A stretch of DNA of 64,000 nucleotides from Alphaproteobacteria bacterium (GTDB taxonomy: Bacteria > Pseudomonadota > Alphaproteobacteria > UBA828). A program made the position numbers and the translations under genes. The notes beneath the pieces are model-generated. The model saw nothing but the letters and a program-made list of their open reading frames with translations. It made no database searches and was not told the origin of the DNA. The DNA is taken from contig VGET01000002.1 of NCBI GenBank assembly GCA_016869195.1, positions 1,163-65,162 of the forward strand. The letters are read 5' to 3'. This document shows, piece by piece, positions 1 through 8,527 of the stretch; within the stretch, counting starts at the first letter, position 1, and every line of letters starts with the position of its first letter.

Positions 1-563
1 AGTTGTGCACGCAAATCACCGAAGACTTGGACGGGCAGCCGCACATTGCGCTCGATGAACGTCATGATCGTCTGATTCAACACGCCCGCGTCGTAGAGCT
101 TGAGCGGGGCGATGCGGAGACCTTCGGCATAAATCTCCGTCGAATCGGAGGCATTGGAACCGGCAACGCGACCGCCTACGTCGCTGTGATGGCAAACCGT
201 GGCCGCGAAGGCCATGCGCTCATCGCCGTGGTAGATCGGCTTGAAGATGAAAATGTCGGGCAGATGCATGCCGCCATCAAACGGATCGTTCATGATAAAG
301 GCGTCGCCTGGCCGCATGTCGTTGCCGAAATGACGCATGATCGATTCCATGGCGGTCGGCACCGAACCCAGGTGTCCGGGCAAGGTCAAGCCCTGCGCCA
401 CCAGCTTTCCATCGGCATCGGCGAGCCCGGTGGAATAGTCCATGTTGTCCTTCAGGACGCCCGAATAGGTCGTGCGGAACACCGTCAACGCCATTTCATC
501 CGCGATCGAGAAAATGGCGTTCTTGAACAGCTCGAATGCGATCGGATCGTACGTGGCGCTCAT
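1..563 (-). CDS. Hydantoinase B/oxoprolinase family protein (HyuB-like), N-terminal part only; the gene runs off the left edge of the window
   Basis: Reverse-complement translation from the ATG at 563-561 gives MSATYDPIAFELFKNAIFSIADEMALTVFRTTYSGVLKDNMDYSTG..., the conserved HyuB N-terminus. It is not in the ORF track because it has no stop within the window. The listed 3..704 + ORF is its antisense. Confidence 0.8.
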   Translation of the reverse strand, partial: MSATYDPIAFELFKNAIFSIADEMALTVFRTTYSGVLKDNMDYSTGLADADGKLVAQGLTLPGHLGSVPTAMESIMRHFGNDMRPGDAFIMNDPFDGGMHLPDIFIFKPIYHGDERMAFAATVCHHSDVGGRVAGSNASDSTEIYAEGLRIAPLKLYDAGVLNQTIMTFIERNVRLPVQVFGDLRAQ

Positions 564-967
564 GCATCATTCCTTGGCGAAAATACGCGGTGCCCGGCCG
601 TCGAAGACAATTTCACGTCTCAGCCTCGTGAAGCCGCGCCTGGACCTGCCCCCGAATGTGCTCGAGGGTTCACGCCGCTTTTTGAGCATGTTGAGCTTGT
701 GTGAGGATGCGCCTCGGGGTCAAGTTGCTGAGAAACAGGTTGGGCCTGGTGTCGTCGTGCGGGCATTGCCATTCGTCAAGCGCCGCCCGACGGCGAGCGA
801 TCGGATCCATGGCGCAATCGATATGACCTTCGCGGAATTCTTTCTTTGCGACCAAAAGCCAGTCGACGAGGAAAGACCGGACGATCGGGCGATCGAGGGT
901 CGTAAAGTGTCCCCCGCTCCCACCAACCCATGGCGGGGAGATTGAGGCGGAGCCCATTTCGCGCCCG

Positions 968-1537
968 ATGCTGATGTTCGCCTGCGCCGCCCTCCTGCCG
1001 CCTTCCTTCATCGTGGCCGGTGCACGGTGCCTGGGGGGCGGCCTGGTCGCCACGCAGCAAGAAACCGAGGACGAAATGTCCATTCCGACGCCGCCCCGGA
1101 GGTCGGACCGGCGGGATATGCCGTTTTCCACCTCCACTCTCGAGCTCGACGCAGCCTGTTGGCATCGCGTCATCACAAGCCTCACGTCTTCCGACCGTGC
1201 AACCCGGTCGAACGCCGCGACGTTTTTTCGTGAGTACCTGGCCGCTGCCTTCGACCGGCCGGACATCGCCGCCCAGATCCGGGCACGAGGCGTCACTCTC
1301 GGCGAGGCCAAAGCGCGGGTCGGCCGCCTGTCCGATGCGACGCTCAGCGATCTGGCTGCCACGGTCGATGCGGGCGATGGCCGCTCGGAGCCTGGCCGCC
1401 ACCTGGCGGCTGTTCTGCTGGAGCCGTTTGCACGCGTTGTGGCGGCGGTCCTGCTTCTGCCGTTCAGCGCGATCCTTGCGGTGCTGGGTGTTACCGAGCC
1501 CGATCCGGTCACCGACGAGGAAGGCTGGCTCCGATGA
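968..1537 (+). CDS. Hypothetical protein (start uncertain)
   Basis: 189-aa ORF with high GC3 and a protein-like sequence (DIAAQIRARGVTLGEAKARVGRLSDATLSDLAATVDAG). Its stop overlaps the next ORF's start as ATGA. No family recognised. Confidence 0.35.
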   Translation: MLMFACAALLPPSFIVAGARCLGGGLVATQQETEDEMSIPTPPRRSDRRDMPFSTSTLELDAACWHRVITSLTSSDRATRSNAATFFREYLAAAFDRPDIAAQIRARGVTLGEAKARVGRLSDATLSDLAATVDAGDGRSEPGRHLAAVLLEPFARVVAAVLLLPFSAILAVLGVTEPDPVTDEEGWLR

Positions 1538-1716
1538 ATCAGCGCGCTTTTGACCGGGCACTTCTGATGGCGGTCGCGGCTGCGATTTTGGCGCTGCTCA
1601 TCTACGGCGTCGCCTCGCTCTGGGTCGCGGCCGGGGCCGAGCCGCCGGCGGCAATCGATCCGCTCGGCGGGGCCGCCACCGATCAGGCCGCTTCAGCGGT
1701 CGTTCTGAGGTCATGA
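1534..1716 (+). CDS. Small hydrophobic (single-TM) hypothetical protein
   Basis: 60-aa ORF, MNQRAFDRALLMAVAAAILALLIYGVASLWVAAGA. ATGA overlap with the upstream ORF suggests translational coupling. High GC3. Confidence 0.3.
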   Translation: MNQRAFDRALLMAVAAAILALLIYGVASLWVAAGAEPPAAIDPLGGAATDQAASAVVLRS

Positions 1717-1917
1717 CGGTGCGAATCACAAACAACCGGACGCACCGGACCGCCGCGGCTGGCGACGGGGAGATCGTCGCCGCGGCGGTCAGCCGCCTAG
1801 GCCCGAGTCTCGTGGCTCTCTCTGCGCACCGGCCAGGCAAGCGCGCCCGGCCGGCCCATGAGATGCCTGCTTTGACAATGCCTTCAATTGACCAAGAAAA
1901 GTACGGGGAGTGGACCA

Positions 1918-2112
1918 ATGAACACGGAGACAGCACCACGATATGCCGGGCGCCGGATGATGATTCGCCGCCTGCGTAGCCGCCTCGTGAAGCCGCTCAC
2001 GCGGGATGCCGAGCTGGCAGCCATTGCGTCGTTCATCGCGCGCTATGGCGTGCGGCGGGTGACGATCGATCGGGACGGAACGGTCAGACTGAAGACGGTG
2101 TTTCACTGTTGA
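1918..2112 (+). CDS. Small hypothetical protein (64 aa)
   Basis: ATG at 1918 preceded by GGGGAG 8 nt upstream. MNTETAPRYAGRRMMIRRLRSRLVKPLTRDAELAAIASFIARYGVRRVTIDRDGTVRLKTVFHC. The track ORF starts earlier at 1888. Confidence 0.4.
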   Translation: MNTETAPRYAGRRMMIRRLRSRLVKPLTRDAELAAIASFIARYGVRRVTIDRDGTVRLKTVFHC

Positions 2113-2197
2113 GGGTCGGCGATCGACCGCGGGCGGTCTCGCGGGAAAGCGCTATGTTCGCTAAGCTCGGTCGTGCCCCCTGCACGAGGCTTGGATC

Positions 2198-2581
2198 ATG
2201 CGCCCCGCGAGATTGCTCATCGCCCTCCCCCTTCTGCTCTCGGCCTGTTCAGCGCCAGAGTACTTCGCCGGAACCAACACGGTTGACCTGACCGGCAAGC
2301 CGGTCCTCGTGGTCGTCGATCGTCTGGGCTCGCCCGACGCGCTTACAAAGCACGGCAAGGAAACCACCTATGTCTGGACGGTCCGGCGCACGGGCTCGGG
2401 CACCACGAGCTATGTTTCCCAGGGTGGCCAACTCATTCCGATGAAGTCATCGGAAAGCATCCTCTCGACCAATGCCTGCACGCTCCGGGTCGACGCCGGC
2501 AGCCAGGATAATATTGTCCGCCGCTGGTCGGCCGAAGGCAGCCGGAAGGACTGTCAGCGCCTGCTGGCGCGGCTTCGATAG
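2198..2581 (+). CDS. Putative lipoprotein
   Basis: N-terminus MRPARLLIALPLLLSACSAP: signal peptide plus lipobox L-S-A-C. Confidence 0.65.
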   Translation: MRPARLLIALPLLLSACSAPEYFAGTNTVDLTGKPVLVVVDRLGSPDALTKHGKETTYVWTVRRTGSGTTSYVSQGGQLIPMKSSESILSTNACTLRVDAGSQDNIVRRWSAEGSRKDCQRLLARLR

Positions 2582-2691
2582 AACGCCCGGCACGGGCGAA
2601 GAAAGCGTCATCATCTTCACGAACTGGTCACGCCTGCCTGCTCTTCTATCACGCTGCAGGCAGTACAAGACTAAGAGCCAGGAGTCCGAAC

Positions 2692-3051
2692 ATGAAGCTC
2701 GCCATCATTGCCTCCCTGTCCCTGATTGCAGCCGCCGGTGCCGCGCACGCCGACGACACCTTGCGGTTCTATAGCGTCCAGGGCACCAATCCGAACGGAT
2801 CGCCCTATGGCGGTGCGGCGGTGATCGAGGCGACAAGCCCCGATACGTGCAACATTGTGTGGAAGACCGGCTCGACTGAGAGCAAGGGCTTTTGCATGCG
2901 CAGCGGCAACATTCTGTCCGCCGCCTACATCCTGGGCGAAGTCGTCGGCCTGGTCATTTATGAGATCAAGCCGGATGGTTCGCTTCAGGGCACCTGGACG
3001 ATCGCCGACAAGCCCGGTGTTGGCACCGAGATCCTGACGCCGCAGCAGTAG
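2692..3051 (+). CDS. Secreted hypothetical protein
   Basis: SD-like CAGGAG upstream. Signal peptide MKLAIIASLSLIAAAGAAHA-DD. 119 aa, no recognised family. Confidence 0.7.
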   Translation: MKLAIIASLSLIAAAGAAHADDTLRFYSVQGTNPNGSPYGGAAVIEATSPDTCNIVWKTGSTESKGFCMRSGNILSAAYILGEVVGLVIYEIKPDGSLQGTWTIADKPGVGTEILTPQQ

Positions 3052-3088
3052 ACGCGGATTGTTGCAAACGGCGACGGGACAACCAAAG

Positions 3089-3454
3089 TCAGCCTAGGTC
3101 ACCCGGCCTAAAGGTGCCCTGGCGATCAAGATCACCCGGACGATGTTCGCCCGGTACGAGGTAGAGCTCGCCCGGCCGATGCTCGCCCAGATCGCGCGAG
3201 CCTTCGGCATCATCGCCGCGCGTACCTGAACGCGGCGCGCTGGTTTCGCTCGGGCCGGTTGACTCCGACGTGGGTGAGGTCATCGGTGGTGTCTCGGCAC
3301 GCGGCCGCCGCAAATCGCCGGGGCCGAAAAACTGGCCGCCGGGCTCGGCCAAGCGCATGAGCGGCTCGGGCTCGCCTTGAACTGGCGCCTGGGCGTCGAC
3401 GTTGCTGTCAGCCAGCAGCAACGTGGCGATGCAGATGATGACCGCTCCAACCAT
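3089..3454 (-). CDS. Secreted low-complexity protein with HRPG[DE]L repeats (hypothetical)
   Basis: ATG at 3454 with AAAGGG upstream. Signal-like MVGAVIICIATLLLADSNVDAQA, then a Pro/Gly/Glu-rich tail with repeated GEHRPGEL / EHRPGDL / FRPGDL. The track start (TTG at 3478) is less likely. Confidence 0.35.
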   Translation of the reverse strand: MVGAVIICIATLLLADSNVDAQAPVQGEPEPLMRLAEPGGQFFGPGDLRRPRAETPPMTSPTSESTGPSETSAPRSGTRGDDAEGSRDLGEHRPGELYLVPGEHRPGDLDRQGTFRPGDLG

Positions 3455-3490
3455 CGAACCGACCCTTTGGCGGGCCAATTGCCGGTCGCC

Positions 3491-3766
3491 TCAGCGCCGG
3501 CGGAACTGGCGCTTCGGTGCGGCCGGCATCGAGGTACCGCTGCCCTCCGGCTTGTGGCGGAAATTGATGCGGCCCTTGTCGAGATCGTAGACCGACATCT
3601 CGACCGTCACCCGGTCGCCGGCGAGCGTGCGGATGCGGTTCTTCTTCATGCGTCCGGCGGCGTAGGCCAGGATCACATGATCATTGTCGAGCTTCACCCG
3701 ATAACGCCCGTCCGGCAGCACCTCGGTGACCACGCCCTCGAACTCCATCAATTCTTCTTTTGCCAT
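3491..3766 (-). CDS. infA: Translation initiation factor IF-1 with a 19-aa basic C-terminal extension
   Basis: [72 protein letters not shown] matches the S1-like IF-1 fold. GGAGG sits 6 nt upstream of the ATG. 91 aa against the usual 72. Confidence 0.9.
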   Translation of the reverse strand: MAKEELMEFEGVVTEVLPDGRYRVKLDNDHVILAYAAGRMKKNRIRTLAGDRVTVEMSVYDLDKGRINFRHKPEGSGTSMPAAPKRQFRRR

Positions 3767-3778
3767 GGGGGTCCTCCG

Positions 3779-5152
3779 TTAGCGGTCGTTCCCGATTTTT
3801 CGTTCATCGCGCGGGCGGGAGCCTCGGTTCGGGCGCTCGCCGGACCGCACCGGCTGCCGCAAGAAGCTCAGGCCACCGAGATCTTCGCCCGCGCCTCGTG
3901 CCGCGTTCACCGCCGCTTTGTTACGCCCCTTGGCAGGTCGATGTCCACGCCGATCAGGGCGCGCCTGTGCCGCCGGCTGAGGCGGCCTCGGAGCAGGCGC
4001 CGCCGGTGCGGCGGCGCGCTCGGCGCCATTCCGCTGGCTGGCCGGGATGCGGCGGCGGATCAGCGTCTCGATATCGCGCAAATAGCCGCGCTCATCCGCG
4101 TCGCTGCAAAACGAGATCGCGACGCCGCTGGTCCCTGCCCGCGCCGTCCGGCCGATGCGGTGGACATAGGTCTCGGCGATGTTGGGCAGATCGAAGTTGA
4201 TCACGTGGCTGATATCATCGACGTCGATGCCACGGGCCGCAATATCGGTTGCGACCAGCACCCGCACGCGTCCGTTGCGGAAGCCGCCGAGCGCGCGTTC
4301 GCGCTGGCCCTGCGCCTTGTTGCCGTGGATCGCTTCCGCAGTGATGCCCGATTTCTCGAGCCCGCGCACGACGCGATCGGCCCCGTGCTTGGTGCGGGTG
4401 AACACGAGAGCGCGCCGCACCTCGGGTTGACGTAGGAGCTCGGCCAGGGCGGTCGGCTTGGCGCCGCGATCCAACATGATCACGCGCTGGTCGATCGCAT
4501 CGACCGTCGCGGCGGGTGGCGTCACCGCCACCCGCGCGGGATTGCGCAGGAACTGCTCGGCGAGAGCCGCGATTGCGGGCGGCATGGTCGCCGAGAACAG
4601 GAGGCTCAGGCGCTCGGCCGGGAGCTTGCCGCAGATCGCCTTGATGGCGTGGATGAAGCCCATGTCGAGCATGCGATCCGCCTCGTCGAGCACCAGGGTG
4701 TCGACGTTGTCCAGGCGGAAACGGAAGCGATTGACCAGGTCGAGCAGGCGGCCCGGGGTGGCGACCAGGATGTCGATGCCGGGCGCGATGGTCCGCGCCT
4801 GACGCTCGATCGGAACGCCGCCGATGACGAGCGCGCTCGACAGGCCGAGATGTCGGCCATAGCGGCGGAAGCTGTCGAGGATCTGCGCGGAGAGCTCGCG
4901 CGTCGGGCTCAACACCAGCACGCGGCAGGCGTTGCGCGCCGGGCGTCGCTGGTCGTTGGCCAGACGGTTCAGGATGGGCAGCGCGAACGCCGCGGTCTTG
5001 CCCGTGCCGGTCTGGGCGATGCCGACCAGATCACGGCCGGTGATGACGTGGGGAATGGCCGCGGCCTGGATTGGCGTCGGCGTAGCATAGCCTTCCTCGC
5101 CGAGCGCCTTGAGAATGGGCGCCGCGAGGCCAAGGTCGATAAACTGGGTCAA
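3779..5152 (-). CDS. DEAD-box ATP-dependent RNA helicase (RhlE-like) with a basic C-terminal tail
   Basis: Motifs AQTGTGKTAAF, PTRELA, VLDEADRMLDMGF, SAT, HRIGRTARAG. The track ORF extends to 5296, but the first 48 residues look non-coding. A TTG at 5152 with AAAGAG upstream gives the canonical (M)TQFIDLGL N-terminus. Confidence 0.9.
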   Translation of the reverse strand: MTQFIDLGLAAPILKALGEEGYATPTPIQAAAIPHVITGRDLVGIAQTGTGKTAAFALPILNRLANDQRRPARNACRVLVLSPTRELSAQILDSFRRYGRHLGLSSALVIGGVPIERQARTIAPGIDILVATPGRLLDLVNRFRFRLDNVDTLVLDEADRMLDMGFIHAIKAICGKLPAERLSLLFSATMPPAIAALAEQFLRNPARVAVTPPAATVDAIDQRVIMLDRGAKPTALAELLRQPEVRRALVFTRTKHGADRVVRGLEKSGITAEAIHGNKAQGQRERALGGFRNGRVRVLVATDIAARGIDVDDISHVINFDLPNIAETYVHRIGRTARAGTSGVAISFCSDADERGYLRDIETLIRRRIPASQRNGAERAAAPAAPAPRPPQPAAQARPDRRGHRPAKGRNKAAVNAARGAGEDLGGLSFLRQPVRSGERPNRGSRPRDERKIGNDR

Positions 5153-5405
5153 AGGTTCTCTTTCGTCGTGTTCAACCGACCGCGAGTCCGGCACAAGGCG
5201 GACCGCTGGCGGGGTTCTCGTACGGCCCCGCGTGCCTGGGCAGTCGAAATTCTGGGTTCCGGCAGGCCGACGACCTGTTAGTGCGGTCTCGTTCACGCGG
5301 CCTGGATGTCTCTAGGACGGCTGTTAGGTAGGCGTGATTGTTCGGGAAGTCAAGAAATCAAGGGTGAAGCCTTGGTTAAGGATCGACGGACAGTGACCAA
5401 GGCCC

Positions 5406-6290
5406 CTATTCCGCCGCGACACCCCTCGCCAGTACGCGGCGTTCGGTAGGCAAGCTGCGCTCGCGCCGAAAGAAGCCCATCAGCGCCACGGTGCCGGCCG
5501 CCGCGATCACGATCCAGCCCGGCCGCACTCCCGCCTCCAGTGAAAGATTGGCGAGCAGGATGCGGCCCGGATCGACGCCATTGTGAAGCCAGAAATAGAG
5601 CGCCTCGCCCGCCATGGTGAGCAGGCCCGAGAGCGGGACGAGCGCAAGAATGTTCCAGAGCGGCACCCTGCCCCGCTCGCCAAAGCGTGCGTCCAACAGG
5701 CGGAAGCCCATCAGCCAGAAGAAGAAGCCGGCCATGTAGGTGGCCTGACCGACGTCGAGCTTCGACTGCATGACGAAATGGACGACGCCGAGCGCCCCGA
5801 TCACATAGGCCAGCCGGTGCAACAGGCGCCAGCGGCGCCCGCCGAGCCGACGCATCATGCCGTCGGTCGACGTGATCAGGAGCAGGACCAACCCAATGAG
5901 AGCGGCGAATCCGATGATCAAATAAACCCGACCGGTAATCTCGCTCGCAACCTTGTCGAGGTCGAAGGCCTGATCGGCTGCATAGGCCAAGAGGTGCGCG
6001 ATCGCGTAAAGCGCGGCCGCCACACCGATCATCCGTCGCACCTGGATCAGCTTGGGCCAGCGCGCGATGATGCGAAACGGCGTCACCGCCAGGGCTAGGA
6101 ACGCGAAGCGGATCGTCCAGAGCCCGGTCTGATGATTGAGCTCGGTAAAGGCGCGCGGGCCAAGGTCCGCCGCAATCCAGCGTGTCGCCAGCCAGGCGGC
6201 CGGCACCAGTAGCAGGATCAGAACGACGATCTTCAGGGCCGGGGCCCGCCCCGATCGATCGAGCACAGGGCGAAACAAGCGCCGGGTCAT
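5406..6290 (-). CDS. Ferric-reductase-like transmembrane heme protein (MsrQ/YedZ family)
   Basis: Polytopic membrane protein with conserved His in TM helices (AIAHLLAY..., HRLAYVIGALGVVHFVM), like MsrQ. No msrP partner is adjacent. Confidence 0.6.
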   Translation of the reverse strand: MTRRLFRPVLDRSGRAPALKIVVLILLLVPAAWLATRWIAADLGPRAFTELNHQTGLWTIRFAFLALAVTPFRIIARWPKLIQVRRMIGVAAALYAIAHLLAYAADQAFDLDKVASEITGRVYLIIGFAALIGLVLLLITSTDGMMRRLGGRRWRLLHRLAYVIGALGVVHFVMQSKLDVGQATYMAGFFFWLMGFRLLDARFGERGRVPLWNILALVPLSGLLTMAGEALYFWLHNGVDPGRILLANLSLEAGVRPGWIVIAAAGTVALMGFFRRERSLPTERRVLARGVAAE

Positions 6291-6483
6291 GCGCCAGAAA
6301 CTAGACCGGATCGATGAAGGATGAACTCACGCCTTGGTCAGAAGACCGTGAACGGCCGAGCGGCAGTCTGCGCCCCCACAGCCTTTGTTCCTGAAGCCAT
6401 ATGTTCATCAACACGCCACGAGGCTGTCGAAGATCACCTTAAGGATCCCCTTCGACGACAACAGAGATCGACAGGGGGCGCCA

Positions 6484-7575
6484 ATGAATTGGCTTCACGT
6501 GGGGCTGGTTTCGGCAATGATCGTGGTCGGCGCTGTGTCGGCGTCTCTGGGCAAGGACGCGAGTGCGGACGCGACCATGGTATGGACCAGGCAACTCAAT
6601 CAGCAAGCTCCGTTGGTCATCGGCCATCGCGGCGCCTGTGGTTATCGGCCGGAGCACACGCTTGCATCCTACGAGCTCGCGGTTGATATGGGAGCCGACT
6701 ACATCGAGCCGGATCTCGTCATGACCAAAGACCGGGTGTTCATCGCTCGGCACGAGAACGAGCTCTCCCAGACCACCGATGTCGCGGCCAAGTTCCCCGA
6801 TCGAAGGACCAAAAAGGCGATTGACGGCAAAGAGGTCGAAGGCTGGTTCAGCGAGGACTTCACGCTGGCCGAGATCAAGACGCTACGCGCCCAGTCGGGG
6901 CGTCCCAAGCGCTCAACCGCGTGGGACGGAGCGTATGAGATCCCGACCTTTGACGAAGTGATCGAGCTGGCACAACGCAATTCCGCCGAGACGGGTCGCG
7001 CGATTGGGATCTACCCCGAGACGAAGCATCCCACCTACTTCTCGTCGATTGGCCTACCCTTTGAGAATCTTCTGGTCGAGACGCTCAATCGCTTCGGTTA
7101 CACCGAGCGCACCAGCCCCGTGTTCATCCAGTCCTTCGAGACGACGAACCTCAAGCAATTGCGTTTCATGACCAAGGTGCGCTTGGTGCAATTGTTCGAC
7201 GACTTCAATGAGCGTCCGTACGATCTCGTCGTCGCCGGTGATCCTCGCACCTATCGCGACCTGATGACGCCAGAGAGCCTCAAGGAGATCGCGACCTATG
7301 CCGACGGGATTGGCCCCTGGAAGCGGACCATTCTCATCGAAGGTGAGGACAAGAAGCTCAAGCCTGCGACAACATTGATTGATGACGCGCATGCTGCGGG
7401 GCTCGTGGTCCACGCCTATACCTTCCGCGACGAGCCCGACACGCTCGCGCCGGAGTACGCGCTCGACCCCATGAAGGAGTACGAGCAGTTCTTTGCGCTC
7501 GGCATCGATGGTGTGTTCAGCGACTTCCCGGATACGGCAGTACGCGCGCGAGCCAAGATGACTGGTCGCCCATAG
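6484..7575 (+). CDS. glpQ: Periplasmic glycerophosphodiester phosphodiesterase
   Basis: Signal peptide MNWLHVGLVSAMIVVGAVSASLG, then the GDPD-domain motifs VIGHRGACGYRPEHT and EPD. The track ORF starts earlier (6385), but an ATG at 6484 with AGGGGG upstream fits better. Confidence 0.85.
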   Translation: MNWLHVGLVSAMIVVGAVSASLGKDASADATMVWTRQLNQQAPLVIGHRGACGYRPEHTLASYELAVDMGADYIEPDLVMTKDRVFIARHENELSQTTDVAAKFPDRRTKKAIDGKEVEGWFSEDFTLAEIKTLRAQSGRPKRSTAWDGAYEIPTFDEVIELAQRNSAETGRAIGIYPETKHPTYFSSIGLPFENLLVETLNRFGYTERTSPVFIQSFETTNLKQLRFMTKVRLVQLFDDFNERPYDLVVAGDPRTYRDLMTPESLKEIATYADGIGPWKRTILIEGEDKKLKPATTLIDDAHAAGLVVHAYTFRDEPDTLAPEYALDPMKEYEQFFALGIDGVFSDFPDTAVRARAKMTGRP

Positions 7576-7623
7576 AGGCGCGGCCAAAGGCGCGACGAAC
7601 AATGACCTGAGTTGGTGTGACGA

Positions 7624-8130
7624 TCAGCCGCGCGGCGGCGCGACCGGGAAGCGGCGACGCGCGATCTCTTCGAGCGTCGCGGTGATTTCCTTGATCGAGG
7701 CGGGAAGCTGGAGGCAGTCGGTGAATCCGGCCTGGGTCATCTGGGAACGGCGCATGTCGTGCGTCGTCAGGGCAAGGAAGGCGGTACCGTGACTGCGGAT
7801 GCGCGGGTCCTGCACCAATTGGCCGACGGTCGCGGTGCCTCTCACGCGGGGATCGTCGGCGCAGACGACGACGAGATCGGGTGGGTTCGCGGCGACCTGC
7901 TGGACGATGCCCTCTTCGGTTTCGGCCTCGCCCACGCCGTAGCCATAGCGTTCGAGGATGGTCCGATAGAGCTCGCGCAGAGGCCAATGGGAGATTGCGA
8001 TCAGGGCGCGGAGCTGCGGGATGGCATCGGGCGCGCCCGAGCTGACAGGACGCGACGTGTAGGACGGCGTCGCTTGGGGCTCGAGGCTCGCAAGCGCAGC
8101 ACGCCGGTCGGTGGTGGCGTGGCTACTCAA
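7624..8130 (-). CDS. Receiver-domain-like protein lacking the phospho-acceptor residues (pseudo-receiver)
   Basis: CheY-like layout: LIAISHWP in place of the DD pocket, DLVVVCADDP in place of the phospho-Asp strand, and LQLP in place of the conserved KP. TTG start overlaps the upstream ORF's stop as TTGA. Confidence 0.5.
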   Translation of the reverse strand: MSSHATTDRRAALASLEPQATPSYTSRPVSSGAPDAIPQLRALIAISHWPLRELYRTILERYGYGVGEAETEEGIVQQVAANPPDLVVVCADDPRVRGTATVGQLVQDPRIRSHGTAFLALTTHDMRRSQMTQAGFTDCLQLPASIKEITATLEEIARRRFPVAPPRG

Positions 8131-8405
8131 GCCGAGGCTCCGCGGGCGAGGCCGGCCAGGACACGCGTGGCTTCGGCACAGGTGTCCGCAACCGTTTTCA
8201 GCTTGCGGCCGAGCGATGCGTTGCCCTCAAGACCATCGGCGCTATGCTCGACCGCGAGGGCCGCCAGCTCAAGCGCCGCGCGAGCCCGTCCGTCGACGCT
8301 GACCGCGCTCGCCACTTTGTACACTTCTGCGGAAGTCGGATCGGTCGGCACGACCAAGGCATCAACCTCGCGCCGGCTCGCCGTGCTGCTCGATTCATCC
8401 GCCAT
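8127..8405 (-). CDS. Small helical hypothetical protein (possibly Hpt-like), first gene of a two-gene operon with the pseudo-receiver
   Basis: ATG at 8405 with GGGAG upstream gives the 93-aa MADESSSTASRREVDALVVP...ASLGRKLKTVADTCAEATRVLAGLARGASA. GC3 about 70%. The track start at 8459 is a TTG. Confidence 0.4.
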   Translation of the reverse strand: MADESSSTASRREVDALVVPTDPTSAEVYKVASAVSVDGRARAALELAALAVEHSADGLEGNASLGRKLKTVADTCAEATRVLAGLARGASA

Positions 8406-8485
8406 GGCGGCGCGAACTCCCAAAATCGATTTACCTATGCAACCGATTGTGGGCCGCAATTGTTAGGACTTCGTTACACAGACCT

Positions 8486-8501
8486 TAACCAGTTCTTAAC
8501 G
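8486..8501 (+). promoter_or_regulatory. Perfect CtrA-box consensus TTAA-N7-TTAAC (TTAAccagttcTTAAC)
   Basis: Exact match to the alphaproteobacterial CtrA binding motif in the 68-bp gap between the acyl-CoA dehydrogenase stop (8528) and the small-protein/pseudo-receiver operon start. 81 bp upstream of the 8405 ATG. Confidence 0.45.
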
Positions 8502-8527
8502 ATTCGGCCTCCGAACGGCGATTCACG

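Noticed and set aside
3-704. 233-aa + strand ORF at the left edge
   Set aside because: It is antisense to the hydantoinase-B N-terminus, whose reverse-complement translation is a clean family match. The + frame is Arg/His-rich with no family resemblance.
670-1561. Two overlapping minus-strand ORFs (280 and 261 aa)
   Set aside because: They are extremely Arg/Ala/Ser-rich, which is typical of spurious frames in GC-rich DNA. Only the last 90 codons or so of 670..1512 look mildly protein-like, with GC3 of only about 65%. Left unannotated.
2620-2665. Possible hairpin (CTGCCTGC...GCAGGCAG) after the lipoprotein gene
   Set aside because: It has an 8-bp stem and 14-nt loop and no following T-run, so it is a weak terminator candidate. 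It may simply be part of the next gene's leader.
3377-4435. 352-aa + ORF
   Set aside because: Antisense to the DEAD-box helicase gene, with low-complexity Arg/Ala composition.
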